Of a stretch of 64,000 bases of DNA, positions 8,585-18,427 are shown one piece after another. Position numbers and translations under genes: made by a program. The notes below the pieces were generated by a model that saw nothing but the letters and a program-made list of their open reading frames with translations, made no database searches and was not told where the DNA came from. Position 1 is the first letter of the stretch; every line of letters begins with the position of its first letter. The stretch comes from Bacilli bacterium (GTDB lineage: Bacteria > Bacillota_I > Bacilli_A > RF39 > UBA660), in NCBI GenBank assembly GCA_045125935.1, contig JBGVNW010000056.1, positions 715 through 64,714 on the forward strand, given 5' to 3'.

Positions 8585-9721
8585 CTAGTTATATATTTTA
8601 TTTACAATATTTATAGTTGATTTATTTTCTTGTTTACTTAATTTTTTCTTGGTAAATATTTTTTTAATTATTTCTATTGCTTTAGTTCTAATAAATTCTA
8701 TTATAAGACAAGAAGTCATTACAATTATTGTAGAAATTACCATTCTAATTAAAACACTACTTCCATGCATACTTCCTGTATTTATACCAAGAAATTTATA
8801 CATGTGCTTAATTACAAAGGGATTTTCATGAATTATGTATACTGCAAAAATTAGTGATGCTATTTTATTTATTATTTTACTTTTAAAATCTAATGTTTCA
8901 AAGAATAGAAAATAGCAAACACTTTGAAATATTAAAATTGGATTTTGATAATAATATAAATTCTTAGTTATTAAATTAGTAAAATAATTTATAGTATTAC
9001 TGTCTGTTACAGTCTTTAGCTGCATACTAAATTCATACAATAAGAAATTAAATGTTCCTAAGAATAGAAATAAAGATAAAAATATAAATTTCTTTTTATT
9101 ATTACTATAGTTTTTGAAATGAATATTTTCTTTGATTGGATATTTTTTTAAATATGCTCCAACTATATATAGATATAAGAAATGAATTAAATCAAATCCT
9201 GTATTATAAAATGTTGATTGAAATGTTATAGTTGGAATAATTGTAAATACTAGGAATAAAACCATTATTAATTTACGATGTTCTTTTTGAGATAACTTTT
9301 CAATTAATATATTCATATATGGACTTAGTATATACATTGATATATAGACGATAAAAAACCAATTGTTTTGATACTCAATTGGAGATAGTATTTTGATTGT
9401 TTCTAATATAGAAAACTCATGTAAATTTGTAAGATGCATTATTAATGCTATAACAACTTTATAAAACCATGCCATTCCCGCTAAACTGAGTATTTTTTTA
9501 AATGAAAATTTTTTATCATGCTGAAAGTATCCAGATACTAATATATAAGAGTTTACATGTACAATAATTATCATACATATAAATTCTAATAATATTTTAG
9601 TTAGTCCTCCTGTATTATTAATTAAATTTCCACCTGTTGAGATTATCATGTGAAACAGTACAATAAAAAACATTGAGACAATTCTCATTAATTCGAAATT
9701 TGAATTTCTTTCTTTTTTCAT
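8585..9721 (-). CDS. Acyltransferase family 3 (AT3) integral membrane O-acyltransferase
   Basis: About 10 TM segments. The N-terminus is typical of AT3 proteins (NFELMRIVSMFFIVLFHM). Confidence 0.7.
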   Translation of the reverse strand: MKKERNSNFELMRIVSMFFIVLFHMIISTGGNLINNTGGLTKILLEFICMIIIVHVNSYILVSGYFQHDKKFSFKKILSLAGMAWFYKVVIALIMHLTNLHEFSILETIKILSPIEYQNNWFFIVYISMYILSPYMNILIEKLSQKEHRKLIMVLFLVFTIIPTITFQSTFYNTGFDLIHFLYLYIVGAYLKKYPIKENIHFKNYSNNKKKFIFLSLFLFLGTFNFLLYEFSMQLKTVTDSNTINYFTNLITKNLYYYQNPILIFQSVCYFLFFETLDFKSKIINKIASLIFAVYIIHENPFVIKHMYKFLGINTGSMHGSSVLIRMVISTIIVMTSCLIIEFIRTKAIEIIKKIFTKKKLSKQENKSTINIVNKIYN

Positions 9722-9827
9722 AACCTAATCCCCTATCCTTAGTGTTTTGTCTTTCTATTTTTACACTATAATTCATTTTAACACTTTTTGTTGGTTTTTG
9801 TCTAGGATAAGAAAAAGTGAACTTGCT

Positions 9828-11384
9828 TTATACAAATTCACTTTTAGTGTTATTCCTTTTAAATTTATTGTTTAGAACTTTCTTTAACTTTTTACTATTA
9901 GTAATACACTCTATAAATTGACTTATTCCTAATGTTGCTAGTGGGATGATAATTATTACATATGGAAGTGTATATCTTGACTTCATTTCCCATAGAATAT
10001 GAAATAAAAATCCGCCAATAAATATTGTTGATAATAATATAGAATTTAAATTAATGTTTTTTCTATTTAATAGAGCATAAATAAATGTAAAACTATAAAT
10101 TAGTAATAGTAAACATTTCATTCCTAATTGAATTACTTGGAACTTATTACCAGTTGGTATCTCATCCCAGTATACAGTTTCTGTTCCTGATATCAAGTTG
10201 TACCAAACACTTTGAAAATAAGGATCTTCCCAGCCTGAAATAATTTTTTCTTTATAAAAGTTTAGACAATAAACTGGATTATCTATAAATTCTTTAATTC
10301 TATTTTTAATTAGTGTTGGATAGACTTTTCTAGATTTTGTAGCATCTTCCCAAGCCGGTAAAACCGCTACTCCATACCATCCTGGACCTCTAGTACTTTC
10401 TGACATTCCAATATAAATATAACCACTTGTTGGTATTGATTCTGTTGCGGTAAGATTTAACTTTGCTGAGACAGTATTTTTTAATATAATGTATGGTCCT
10501 AGAACTAATATAATATATATGATTATTAAACCAATCTTTTTAATTAGATTTTTATGATTATTAATAATATTTAAAATTAAATATATTATTACGGCAATAA
10601 AAGATACTAAGTAATTTGTTTTCATAATACAGGCTACATCCATTAAAATAGCTGAGACTATTATATTTTTAGTTTTATTATTCTCTTTATAATTCATTAT
10701 GAAATAAATTGACCAAACTATTAATGATAGTCCTATGTAGTCACTATAGACATATGTTGTTAGTAAAGTTAGTGGAACAAATGTTAAAATTAGAGATAGA
10801 TAAATTAAATCGTTAAAATGGTTATTTTTATCAAGCTTTTTAGTTATTTTGTAAAGACCTAGTATAGTTAAAACATTAGCTAAAATATTTAAATACTGAA
10901 TTATTCGATAATTGGTACTATTAAATATTTTATAAATAATTGAAAATATTACTGCCATTCCAATTTGTTGTGGACATTTTTCTAGATAAGAATTAGATTT
11001 TAATACTTTTGTATTATTTTCAACAATAGCAACAGCAACTTTTTGTACTGATGCTGCATCATCTATTGGGGATACGTTTGCTTGATTAATCCAGTAGATG
11101 TTCATCATTATATATAATATTAAAAGTATTGGTAATATTAGTTTTTTATTTATTTTTGTATTTTTTATTTTTTTACAAAATACTATGTATATAAGACAAA
11201 GTATTATCATTAGTATAAGACTTATAAATGATACCTTAGTTATATTCGCCACTTCTTCATATCCAGTAATATTAGTTGTGTATATTAGTCCCAAAATAAT
11301 TAATAAAAATAATATAATCATAATCAGGTAAAGGACAAAGCTTTTGCAAAAATCTTCTAGTTTTTTCATATTATACACTTCCAT
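9828..11384 (-). CDS. Large polytopic membrane protein, GT-C (ArnT/PMT)-like glycosyltransferase candidate
   Basis: 518 aa with more than 10 TM segments. An acidic motif sits in an early loop (VSPIDDAAS). It lies within a glycan locus. ATG 11369 is an alternative start. Confidence 0.5.
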   Translation of the reverse strand: MEVYNMKKLEDFCKSFVLYLIMIILFLLIILGLIYTTNITGYEEVANITKVSFISLILMIILCLIYIVFCKKIKNTKINKKLILPILLILYIMMNIYWINQANVSPIDDAASVQKVAVAIVENNTKVLKSNSYLEKCPQQIGMAVIFSIIYKIFNSTNYRIIQYLNILANVLTILGLYKITKKLDKNNHFNDLIYLSLILTFVPLTLLTTYVYSDYIGLSLIVWSIYFIMNYKENNKTKNIIVSAILMDVACIMKTNYLVSFIAVIIYLILNIINNHKNLIKKIGLIIIYIILVLGPYIILKNTVSAKLNLTATESIPTSGYIYIGMSESTRGPGWYGVAVLPAWEDATKSRKVYPTLIKNRIKEFIDNPVYCLNFYKEKIISGWEDPYFQSVWYNLISGTETVYWDEIPTGNKFQVIQLGMKCLLLLIYSFTFIYALLNRKNINLNSILLSTIFIGGFLFHILWEMKSRYTLPYVIIIIPLATLGISQFIECITNSKKLKKVLNNKFKRNNTKSEFV

Positions 11385-11405
11385 TTTATACTATTTCTAA
11401 TTTTA

Positions 11406-13244
11406 TTACTCGTATTTAAACATATAACCTTCGTTTTCTAATTCTTCTTCTACTAATCTATATTTATCTATGCCTAAGTCCTCTAGATTATATTGGACTC
11501 CTTGAAGGCCGTGATGGTTAAGCTTAATTTTTACTTTACCATTTTCATTATAAGTGTTTTTTAAGTTTTCAATTCTTATTTTTATGTATTCATTTGTACT
11601 TTTTGTATGTGAATATTGAGTTGAAAGAATTAATAATGAGTTAAAGCCAAAGATTGCGATAACTATGGCACTTATAACACTTATTACTCTATTCTTTTTA
11701 TAGTCTTTTTTTAACATATAAATCAAAGAATATATTGGTAATAAGTAAACGTATGGAATATATCTTGCCCAATAACTTCCATCTAGGGCTAAGGCTAAGA
11801 CTATTGTTGTTAAAATTATTATTCCATATACTATTATTTTTTCATATTCTTTATTTTTCTTTAACTTAATTCCAATTATTATTAATGAGATAACTGCGAA
11901 AATAAATATTCCACTGAATAATGGACCAAAACCACCCATTCTTATATCGGGAATGTTGTAGTTACTTATTTCTTCTCTTGTGAATGTTAGTGGTATTTTT
12001 AGGTCTGGATCATTTTGAACTTCAGCATAACTTGGAGAAACGTTTTCGCCTTTAGCAAAAATACTTGTTAAGAATATTCTTAAAGAACTATAATCTTGCA
12101 TTGATTCTGGCATTTCCATTAAAACCATATTATCTACATGACCTTTTCCATATAGTGGATAGAGTGGATTTCCATACTTTACTAGATTTTTAGTATATGT
12201 GGAACCTCCTACTATAACTACTGATATAAGAACTACAACTACGTAGTATATTGTTTCTTTGATTAACTTTTCTTTAAAATTATTTTTATCTTTTATAAAT
12301 GTCTTAATAAGTCTATATAGATATAGGACAATACTAAAAATCGCTGCGAAAGCTAATCCAGTGAACTTGGAATTTACACACCAAATTATTGCCATTGCTA
12401 GAATAAGGGCATTTTCTTTCTTGTCATTATCTTCATACAAAGAAAAGATTATGCTGATAATTATTATTATAAATAATGAAATGGCAAGAACTCCATCTAA
12501 ATATAAATTGACAATTTGTGTTAAAGAGATAGGATTAAATGCTAGAGTACATGCTAGTAAAAAGCTTTTTATAGATGACAATTTCATTTGTCTAAATAAA
12601 TAACATAGTATGAATAAACCTATGTATATCCATAATAGATTAAAAACTTTTCCGGTTTCAATATTTCCAGTAAAAGCATATACTACTGCTGCAAATTGTT
12701 CCGTACCATTAGCATAATGATTAACCCATTTTATATTTACATTATCTTCTAATATATCAAAAGGATTTCCCTCTTCAATATTAAAGTCAGCTACATCTTC
12801 ATATACAGGATTCCATCCATTTTTTAAAGCACCTACCGCTAATTTGTGATAAGTATTTCCATCAGCTGTTGAATCATAGATTTTTCCTATTATAAATATG
12901 GAAGTTGTTAATACTACTAAACCTATAATAACTGCGTTGAATGCTCTTTTTAAAGATTTCTTTTCCATTATCAAAAATAGTATTATTGAAATAATTGTTA
13001 TAATTGGTAAATGAAACTTAGTAACTTCGATATTAATAAAAAATAGTAATGAAGTTATAATTAATGTTAGTGTCATTAAAATTAGTAAGAATTTAGCTGA
13101 TGATATGCCTATATTTAATAGATTTTCAAATATATCTTGAAATCTATTTGTATTATTTGATTTTGTAGAAACAATCTTTTCTTTATTTTCTTTTGTGTTT
13201 ATATTATTTAGTTTCACAGTCTTTTTTCTTGTTTTTCTAGTCAT
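11406..13244 (-). CDS. Large polytopic membrane protein, GT-C-like candidate
   Basis: About 612 aa, with a Lys-rich N-terminus followed by about 14 TM segments. I moved the start to ATG 13244, preceded by AGGTGA; the track GTG at 13253 lies inside that SD. Confidence 0.45.
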   Translation of the reverse strand: MTRKTRKKTVKLNNINTKENKEKIVSTKSNNTNRFQDIFENLLNIGISSAKFLLILMTLTLIITSLLFFINIEVTKFHLPIITIISIILFLIMEKKSLKRAFNAVIIGLVVLTTSIFIIGKIYDSTADGNTYHKLAVGALKNGWNPVYEDVADFNIEEGNPFDILEDNVNIKWVNHYANGTEQFAAVVYAFTGNIETGKVFNLLWIYIGLFILCYLFRQMKLSSIKSFLLACTLAFNPISLTQIVNLYLDGVLAISLFIIIIISIIFSLYEDNDKKENALILAMAIIWCVNSKFTGLAFAAIFSIVLYLYRLIKTFIKDKNNFKEKLIKETIYYVVVVLISVVIVGGSTYTKNLVKYGNPLYPLYGKGHVDNMVLMEMPESMQDYSSLRIFLTSIFAKGENVSPSYAEVQNDPDLKIPLTFTREEISNYNIPDIRMGGFGPLFSGIFIFAVISLIIIGIKLKKNKEYEKIIVYGIIILTTIVLALALDGSYWARYIPYVYLLPIYSLIYMLKKDYKKNRVISVISAIVIAIFGFNSLLILSTQYSHTKSTNEYIKIRIENLKNTYNENGKVKIKLNHHGLQGVQYNLEDLGIDKYRLVEEELENEGYMFKYE

Positions 13245-13253
13245 AGCTATCAC

Positions 13254-14576
13254 CTATTGATCTACTTTTCGTTTTACTGAGTCTAATTCATAATATAATT
13301 CAATCGCATCATTTGGCCAGTCGTGTGCTTCTAAATTTATATCTGCTAAGCCGTATACTGGTGATTTTTTATTTAATGAATAATACTCGTAGAACTCAAA
13401 GTCTTTCTTACCTTCTTTTTTTCCTTCATTTATTTGTTCTATTCTATAATCCCAAGTTGTCTTTAATTCATAAATATCTTTAACTAAAATTAAATAATCC
13501 CCAATATAGAAAAAGCTTAAAATTAATACTAAATCAATTAGTATGTATTTATAAATTTTATGAAAACTCTCAATGTTATACAAAGGTGTCATAATTGCTA
13601 TTAAAATGAATACAACAACACCAAACCAGGAACGTTCAGGAAATGTTGGTGATAAAGCCATGGCATATACGGTTAAGAAAGCTCCTATTAAGTAGATGTA
13701 TACTCTTTTATCAATCTTTTTCTTTTTGTAAATGTATATTGTTATTAATATGATTGTTGCAACTACTAGTATTGGAACATATTGTATAATACCTGTTGTA
13801 CAATTAATCGTTCTTTTAATTAATTTTATTATGATTGATGACTCATCAACAAACTTCTCACTTCTAATATAGTTTCCTGGAGCTGCAATCATAACTATAA
13901 AGCCAATAATTGTACCAACTAAGCCACTTATTTTATATTTGGGTATTTTTTCTTTTCCTTTATTTACTATTATTGATAACAATGTAATTATGATTAGTCC
14001 AAATGATGTGTTTTCATTTGTCCAACCAGAGATTATACCTAGTAAAAACATAGCGATAACTAGCCATATTTTGTCCTTTTTGTTTTCTTTATTTCTATAA
14101 AATAAAAGAAATAGTAAGATGATGACTGTTGTCCATAAGTAATTACAAGAGCCAATTAGCCAAATACAGTCTTGTCCGAATACTGGTGTTAAAAAATAGA
14201 TACAAAAATGTATAAGTATTAGGAATAGTGGCTTGTCTTCATTTGTTGTTTTCGAATGTTTGTATATTAAGTAAACTAATAAAGTGTATATTGCGGAATT
14301 TGATATATTAAAAATTATTTTAGGGTACATTAAGAAGAAGTTTGCAAGAGCATGAGCAATACTTCTTCCTCCCCATTCCATATAATGTTCTGCTTGTCTT
14401 AATATAATATCAAGAATACTACTTATTCTTTTATTATCAACACCAAAGGAATATGAATAATCATCAGCAATCAATGGTGTTAAGCAGTTAAGTATAAGCA
14501 TCATTATAAAAATTGAAAATAGTATTATGTATTTTTGTTGTTTTTTTGTTAATTTTATATTTTTTATTTTTTTCAT
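13254..14576 (-). CDS. Polytopic membrane protein, GT-C-like candidate with a DD motif in the first external loop
   Basis: About 440 aa with a PLIADDYSYSF motif after TM1. I moved the start to ATG 14576, preceded by AAGAGG. The track start at 14627 overlaps the upstream gene by 32 nt. Confidence 0.5.
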   Translation of the reverse strand: MKKIKNIKLTKKQQKYIILFSIFIMMLILNCLTPLIADDYSYSFGVDNKRISSILDIILRQAEHYMEWGGRSIAHALANFFLMYPKIIFNISNSAIYTLLVYLIYKHSKTTNEDKPLFLILIHFCIYFLTPVFGQDCIWLIGSCNYLWTTVIILLFLLFYRNKENKKDKIWLVIAMFLLGIISGWTNENTSFGLIIITLLSIIVNKGKEKIPKYKISGLVGTIIGFIVMIAAPGNYIRSEKFVDESSIIIKLIKRTINCTTGIIQYVPILVVATIILITIYIYKKKKIDKRVYIYLIGAFLTVYAMALSPTFPERSWFGVVVFILIAIMTPLYNIESFHKIYKYILIDLVLILSFFYIGDYLILVKDIYELKTTWDYRIEQINEGKKEGKKDFEFYEYYSLNKKSPVYGLADINLEAHDWPNDAIELYYELDSVKRKVDQ

Positions 14577-14595
14577 AATTAGCCTCTTTTTGTTA

Positions 14596-15552
14596 TTAGA
14601 TTGAATCTTTTTCAGTTTCTTTGGCAATGTAGATTGGTCTTTTCTTAACTTCTAAATAAGTTTTTGATAGATACATACCGATAATACCTAGGAAGAATAA
14701 TTGAATTCCGCCCATAAAAATTATAAGACATGCAAGAGATGGCCAACCACTTACTGGATCTCCAAAAGCAACTGTTTTAACAATAATTACGATTATTGCA
14801 ATAAATGATATTAAGCAAAATATTATACCAACAAAAGCTGAAAGTACTAGTGGCATAGTTGAGAAAGCTAAGATACCTTCTAAAGCATATTTAAATAATT
14901 TTATAAAATTGAATTTTGATTTACCAGCAACACGATCTGGAGCTTTATAATCAATCCATTTTGTGTCAAAGCCTACAAAACTGAATATTCCTTTTGTATA
15001 CCGATTATATTCTCCCATATCAACAATAGCATCTACCATTTTTCTTTTCATCAAACGGAAATCTCTCGCACCTGGAACTTGTGGTGTTGAAGAGATGGCA
15101 CCAATTAGCTTATACCAACACTTTGTAAAGAATTTTCTTAGGATTGTATAATCATCATGACTACTTGTATATAAAGCTACACAGTCATATCCTTCTTCTT
15201 TAATACTTTTATACATTTCTTTAACCATAACTGGTGGATCTTGCATATCAGCATCCATTATCGCAACATAATCACCTGTTGCGTTAGAAAGTCCAGCATA
15301 CATCCCTGCTTCCTTACCAAAATTTCTTGAGAAAGATATATAACGAACTCTATTATCCTTTTTTGATAAATCTCTTAAAATACTTAATGTTTTATCTTTA
15401 CTACCATCATTTATAAATAATAATTCAAAGTCAACATTTTTCATTTCTTTAGATACACGATTTATTTCTTTATAAAATATTGGTAATGATTCTTCCTCAT
15501 TATAACAAGGAACTACTATTGATATTTTTTCTTTTTCTTCTTTATTTTTCAT
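14596..15552 (-). CDS. GtrB/CsbB-type GT2: polyprenyl-phosphate glycosyltransferase
   Basis: Motifs are ISIVVPCYNEEESLP, DGSKD and DADMQDPP. There are two C-terminal TM helices and a terminal GIIGMYLSKTYLEVKKRPIYI motif typical of GtrB/ArnC-like enzymes. Confidence 0.8.
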   Translation of the reverse strand: MKNKEEKEKISIVVPCYNEEESLPIFYKEINRVSKEMKNVDFELLFINDGSKDKTLSILRDLSKKDNRVRYISFSRNFGKEAGMYAGLSNATGDYVAIMDADMQDPPVMVKEMYKSIKEEGYDCVALYTSSHDDYTILRKFFTKCWYKLIGAISSTPQVPGARDFRLMKRKMVDAIVDMGEYNRYTKGIFSFVGFDTKWIDYKAPDRVAGKSKFNFIKLFKYALEGILAFSTMPLVLSAFVGIIFCLISFIAIIVIIVKTVAFGDPVSGWPSLACLIIFMGGIQLFFLGIIGMYLSKTYLEVKKRPIYIAKETEKDSI

Positions 15553-15599
15553 AACTTCTCCTTAAATCCACTTTTACTTAATTTTATATTAAAAGTGGT

Positions 15600-15608
15600 A
15601 TTATAACA
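15600..15608 (-). promoter_or_regulatory. Extended -10 element (TGTTATAAT) upstream of the first GtrB-like gene
   Basis: Minus-strand TGTTATAAT, 48 nt upstream of ATG 15552. No clear -35. Confidence 0.35.
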
Positions 15609-15639
15609 ATTATTAATAATTTAATCCCTTATATTCTTT

Positions 15640-17451
15640 TTATATTTTAAAGCTTTTAATTATATTTTCATACAGATCAGGATATTTTTCTGATTCTTCA
15701 GTCAAAGCATCTATGTATAGTTCTTTTTCTTTTTCAGTTACAGTGTTGACTCTTTTATAGATTAATATTTTATAACCATTTTCCATATCAAATTCTTTTT
15801 CTATTTTGAATTTTTCTTCTTCTACTAATTGTATAAATACTTTGTAATATTTTTCTTCTACTGATGTTGGTTCAAATGGTTCTGTTATAATTATATACTT
15901 TGCTGTAAATAATTCTAGTGGAAACTTATGTACACCAATTATGGCTGATCCATATGGAAGATAATTTGATATTGTTTTATCTGGTAAATAATAATTTCTA
16001 AGCTTATCAGGATTATATTTATTATTATGAGTAATCATATATGCAGTGTTATCTTTTGATAGGTTTTCTTTTAACCAATCAGCAACGTCTCCTAATTGTT
16101 CATAGTCTTCTTGATATGATACTGTTAATGAGACATTAGTAAATAGATTATCTGTTGTATTATTGCATATTCCATATAAAAAATTAATAATTAAACAAGC
16201 TGATATAACTAAGCAAATTCTATTTTTAGTAATATCTTTAATTTTTAAAACAAGAATTAAAAATAAAATTACCCAGTAAATATAAATTGGTAATAATATT
16301 AAACTATGATGAAGTCCCATACTTTGAATTCTTGTGAATAAATAAACCATTAATGTATATTGTATAAGACTTAAAATCGTTGGAAGACGATATTTTTTTA
16401 AGCCATAGATTATTCCTAATAAGCACATAAATAATACTAAGTATCCTAAATAAAATATTTGATTTTTTATATCGAATATAAAGCCGTCTCCAGCATAAAA
16501 ATCCGAATAATTTCCAACATTACTAAATAAGACATTTTTTATAAATGGATATAATGTAATAAGGAAAAATATTATTACAACTGAACCATATATTAAGATA
16601 TTTTTTATTATTTTACCAAGAGCATCTTTTCTATTAGTAATTAATATTTTTATTACATAACAGAAGTAATAAGATAGTACCCAGTATAAATACCATCTTC
16701 TAGAAATGATTAACATAAATGTTATTAATAATATTAAAGTTAATCTTTCTACTTCTAGTTCTTTAAATTCATAATTTATAGTTAATGCGATAATTAAAAA
16801 GATAAATGCTAAACCAAAAAAGTCAGGTTGTCCATAGATAGCTGTTGCATGTAAAATAGGAAACAAAATAAATATTAAAAGAGACATATTAAAAATTGTT
16901 GACTCATTTTGAATCTTTATTTTCTCTATTACTTTTTGAACTAATATTGCTAGGGCAATAATAATGTATGGAAAATAAACAACAATGCAACTTAATAAAT
17001 ATTTATTTACGGTATGATTTGTAAAATGAAAAGCCATCTCAGGAAAAAAAGATAAAAAGTTACCGTATTCTCCAGACCAAGTTGAACCAATAAAATATCT
17101 GATTCCTTCAAATAATCCGACACTAAACTTTTCTTGAGTTGCTATTTGGATATTGTAGTAGCAACTATAATCCCAATAATAAATAAAATTACGATTTAGA
17201 ATACTAATTATATAAAATAAATATACCGTTATAATTGAAATGCCAATTACTATTTTTTGCTTTTTTGTAAATTCTATTTTTAATTTTTGAATTATCTTTT
17301 GATAAATTATTATTAAGAAGAGATTGGCCAATATACTTATTAAAAAGAATGAATATTCTGTTTTATTTAAAGCATTTAATCCTAGTATTAGAATTAAAAT
17401 TATACAAAAGACTATGTACAATAAATTTTCTTTTTTAAAAATTTGTTTCAT
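15640..17451 (-). CDS. Large polytopic membrane protein with a C-terminal soluble domain, GT-C-like candidate
   Basis: 603 aa, with about 12 TM segments and then about 170 soluble residues. It lies immediately downstream of a GtrB-like GT2. Confidence 0.45.
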   Translation of the reverse strand: MKQIFKKENLLYIVFCIILILILGLNALNKTEYSFFLISILANLFLIIIYQKIIQKLKIEFTKKQKIVIGISIITVYLFYIISILNRNFIYYWDYSCYYNIQIATQEKFSVGLFEGIRYFIGSTWSGEYGNFLSFFPEMAFHFTNHTVNKYLLSCIVVYFPYIIIALAILVQKVIEKIKIQNESTIFNMSLLIFILFPILHATAIYGQPDFFGLAFIFLIIALTINYEFKELEVERLTLILLITFMLIISRRWYLYWVLSYYFCYVIKILITNRKDALGKIIKNILIYGSVVIIFFLITLYPFIKNVLFSNVGNYSDFYAGDGFIFDIKNQIFYLGYLVLFMCLLGIIYGLKKYRLPTILSLIQYTLMVYLFTRIQSMGLHHSLILLPIYIYWVILFLILVLKIKDITKNRICLVISACLIINFLYGICNNTTDNLFTNVSLTVSYQEDYEQLGDVADWLKENLSKDNTAYMITHNNKYNPDKLRNYYLPDKTISNYLPYGSAIIGVHKFPLELFTAKYIIITEPFEPTSVEEKYYKVFIQLVEEEKFKIEKEFDMENGYKILIYKRVNTVTEKEKELYIDALTEESEKYPDLYENIIKSFKI

Positions 17452-17458
17452 ATTGTCA

Positions 17459-18418
17459 CTATTCTTTCTCTTCTAAATTTTCTGAAATTATATATCTTGG
17501 TCTTCTTTTTGTTTCATTGTACATTTTTCCAATATATTCACCAATTATTCCAATACTAATCATTTGTAGGCCACCGATAAACCAAATTGATATTGATAGG
17601 AATGTCCAACCATCTACGGTATTTCCAGTTAGTTTTCTGATTAGTGAGTAAAACATTATTATGATACTAATAAATAGAATTACAAAACCAGCGCTACAAA
17701 TCATTCTTAATGGTTTAATACTAAAAGATGTAATTCCATCCCAGGCAAAATTAAGCATTTTCTTTAATGGATATTTTGATTTTCCAGCAAATCTTTCATT
17801 TCTTTCATAATATACAATATCTGATTTATAGCCAACTAAAGGAAACATTCCGCGTAAAAATAAATTTACTTCTTTAAAATTTTCAAATTCATCTAGGATC
17901 TTTTTAGTTGTTAGACGATAGTCAGCATGATTATAGACGATGTCTACTCCTAAAACTTTCATAAATTTATAAAAGCCTTCGGCAGTCATTCGTTTAAACC
18001 AAGTGTCTTTTTTTCTTGCACTACGAACGCCATAAACAATTTCACAACCAGCATTATATTTTTCTAGCATTTCATCGATAGCATTAATATCATCTTGAAG
18101 ATCGGCATCCATACTTATGATAACATCAGCATATTCTTTAGCAGTCATTAAACCACCTAAAAGGGCATTTTGATGGCCACGATTGCGTGATAGATTTATA
18201 CCAGTAAAATGTTTTTCTTTGTTACTTATATCTTTTATAATTTCCCAGGTGGTGTCTTTTGATCCATCATTTACATACATAACTTTACTATTACTGGAAA
18301 TCTTTTTATTTTTAATTAGTTTATCTAGTTTTTCTTTAAGTCTTTTTGTTGTTTCTGGTAATACTTCTTCTTCATTATAACAAGGTATTACTACGTATAG
18401 AATTGGTTCTTTTTTCAT
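17459..18418 (-). CDS. GtrB/CsbB-type GT2: polyprenyl-phosphate glycosyltransferase (paralogue of 14596-15552)
   Basis: Motifs are YVVIPCYNEEEVLP, DGSKD and DADLQDD. There are two C-terminal TM helices and a terminal GIIGEYIGKMYNETKRRPRYI motif. GAGGTG RBS. Confidence 0.8.
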   Translation of the reverse strand: MKKEPILYVVIPCYNEEEVLPETTKRLKEKLDKLIKNKKISSNSKVMYVNDGSKDTTWEIIKDISNKEKHFTGINLSRNRGHQNALLGGLMTAKEYADVIISMDADLQDDINAIDEMLEKYNAGCEIVYGVRSARKKDTWFKRMTAEGFYKFMKVLGVDIVYNHADYRLTTKKILDEFENFKEVNLFLRGMFPLVGYKSDIVYYERNERFAGKSKYPLKKMLNFAWDGITSFSIKPLRMICSAGFVILFISIIIMFYSLIRKLTGNTVDGWTFLSISIWFIGGLQMISIGIIGEYIGKMYNETKRRPRYIISENLEEKE

Positions 18419-18427
18419 ACTGCACCT

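Noticed and set aside
15568-15598. A 9-bp-stem hairpin (CCACTTTTA...TAAAAGTGG) between the 603-aa gene and the GtrB-like gene, considered as a terminator or riboregulator.
   Set aside because: No T-run follows it on the minus strand. The predicted TSS from the adjacent TGTTATAAT would fall inside the upstream arm, so its role is undetermined.
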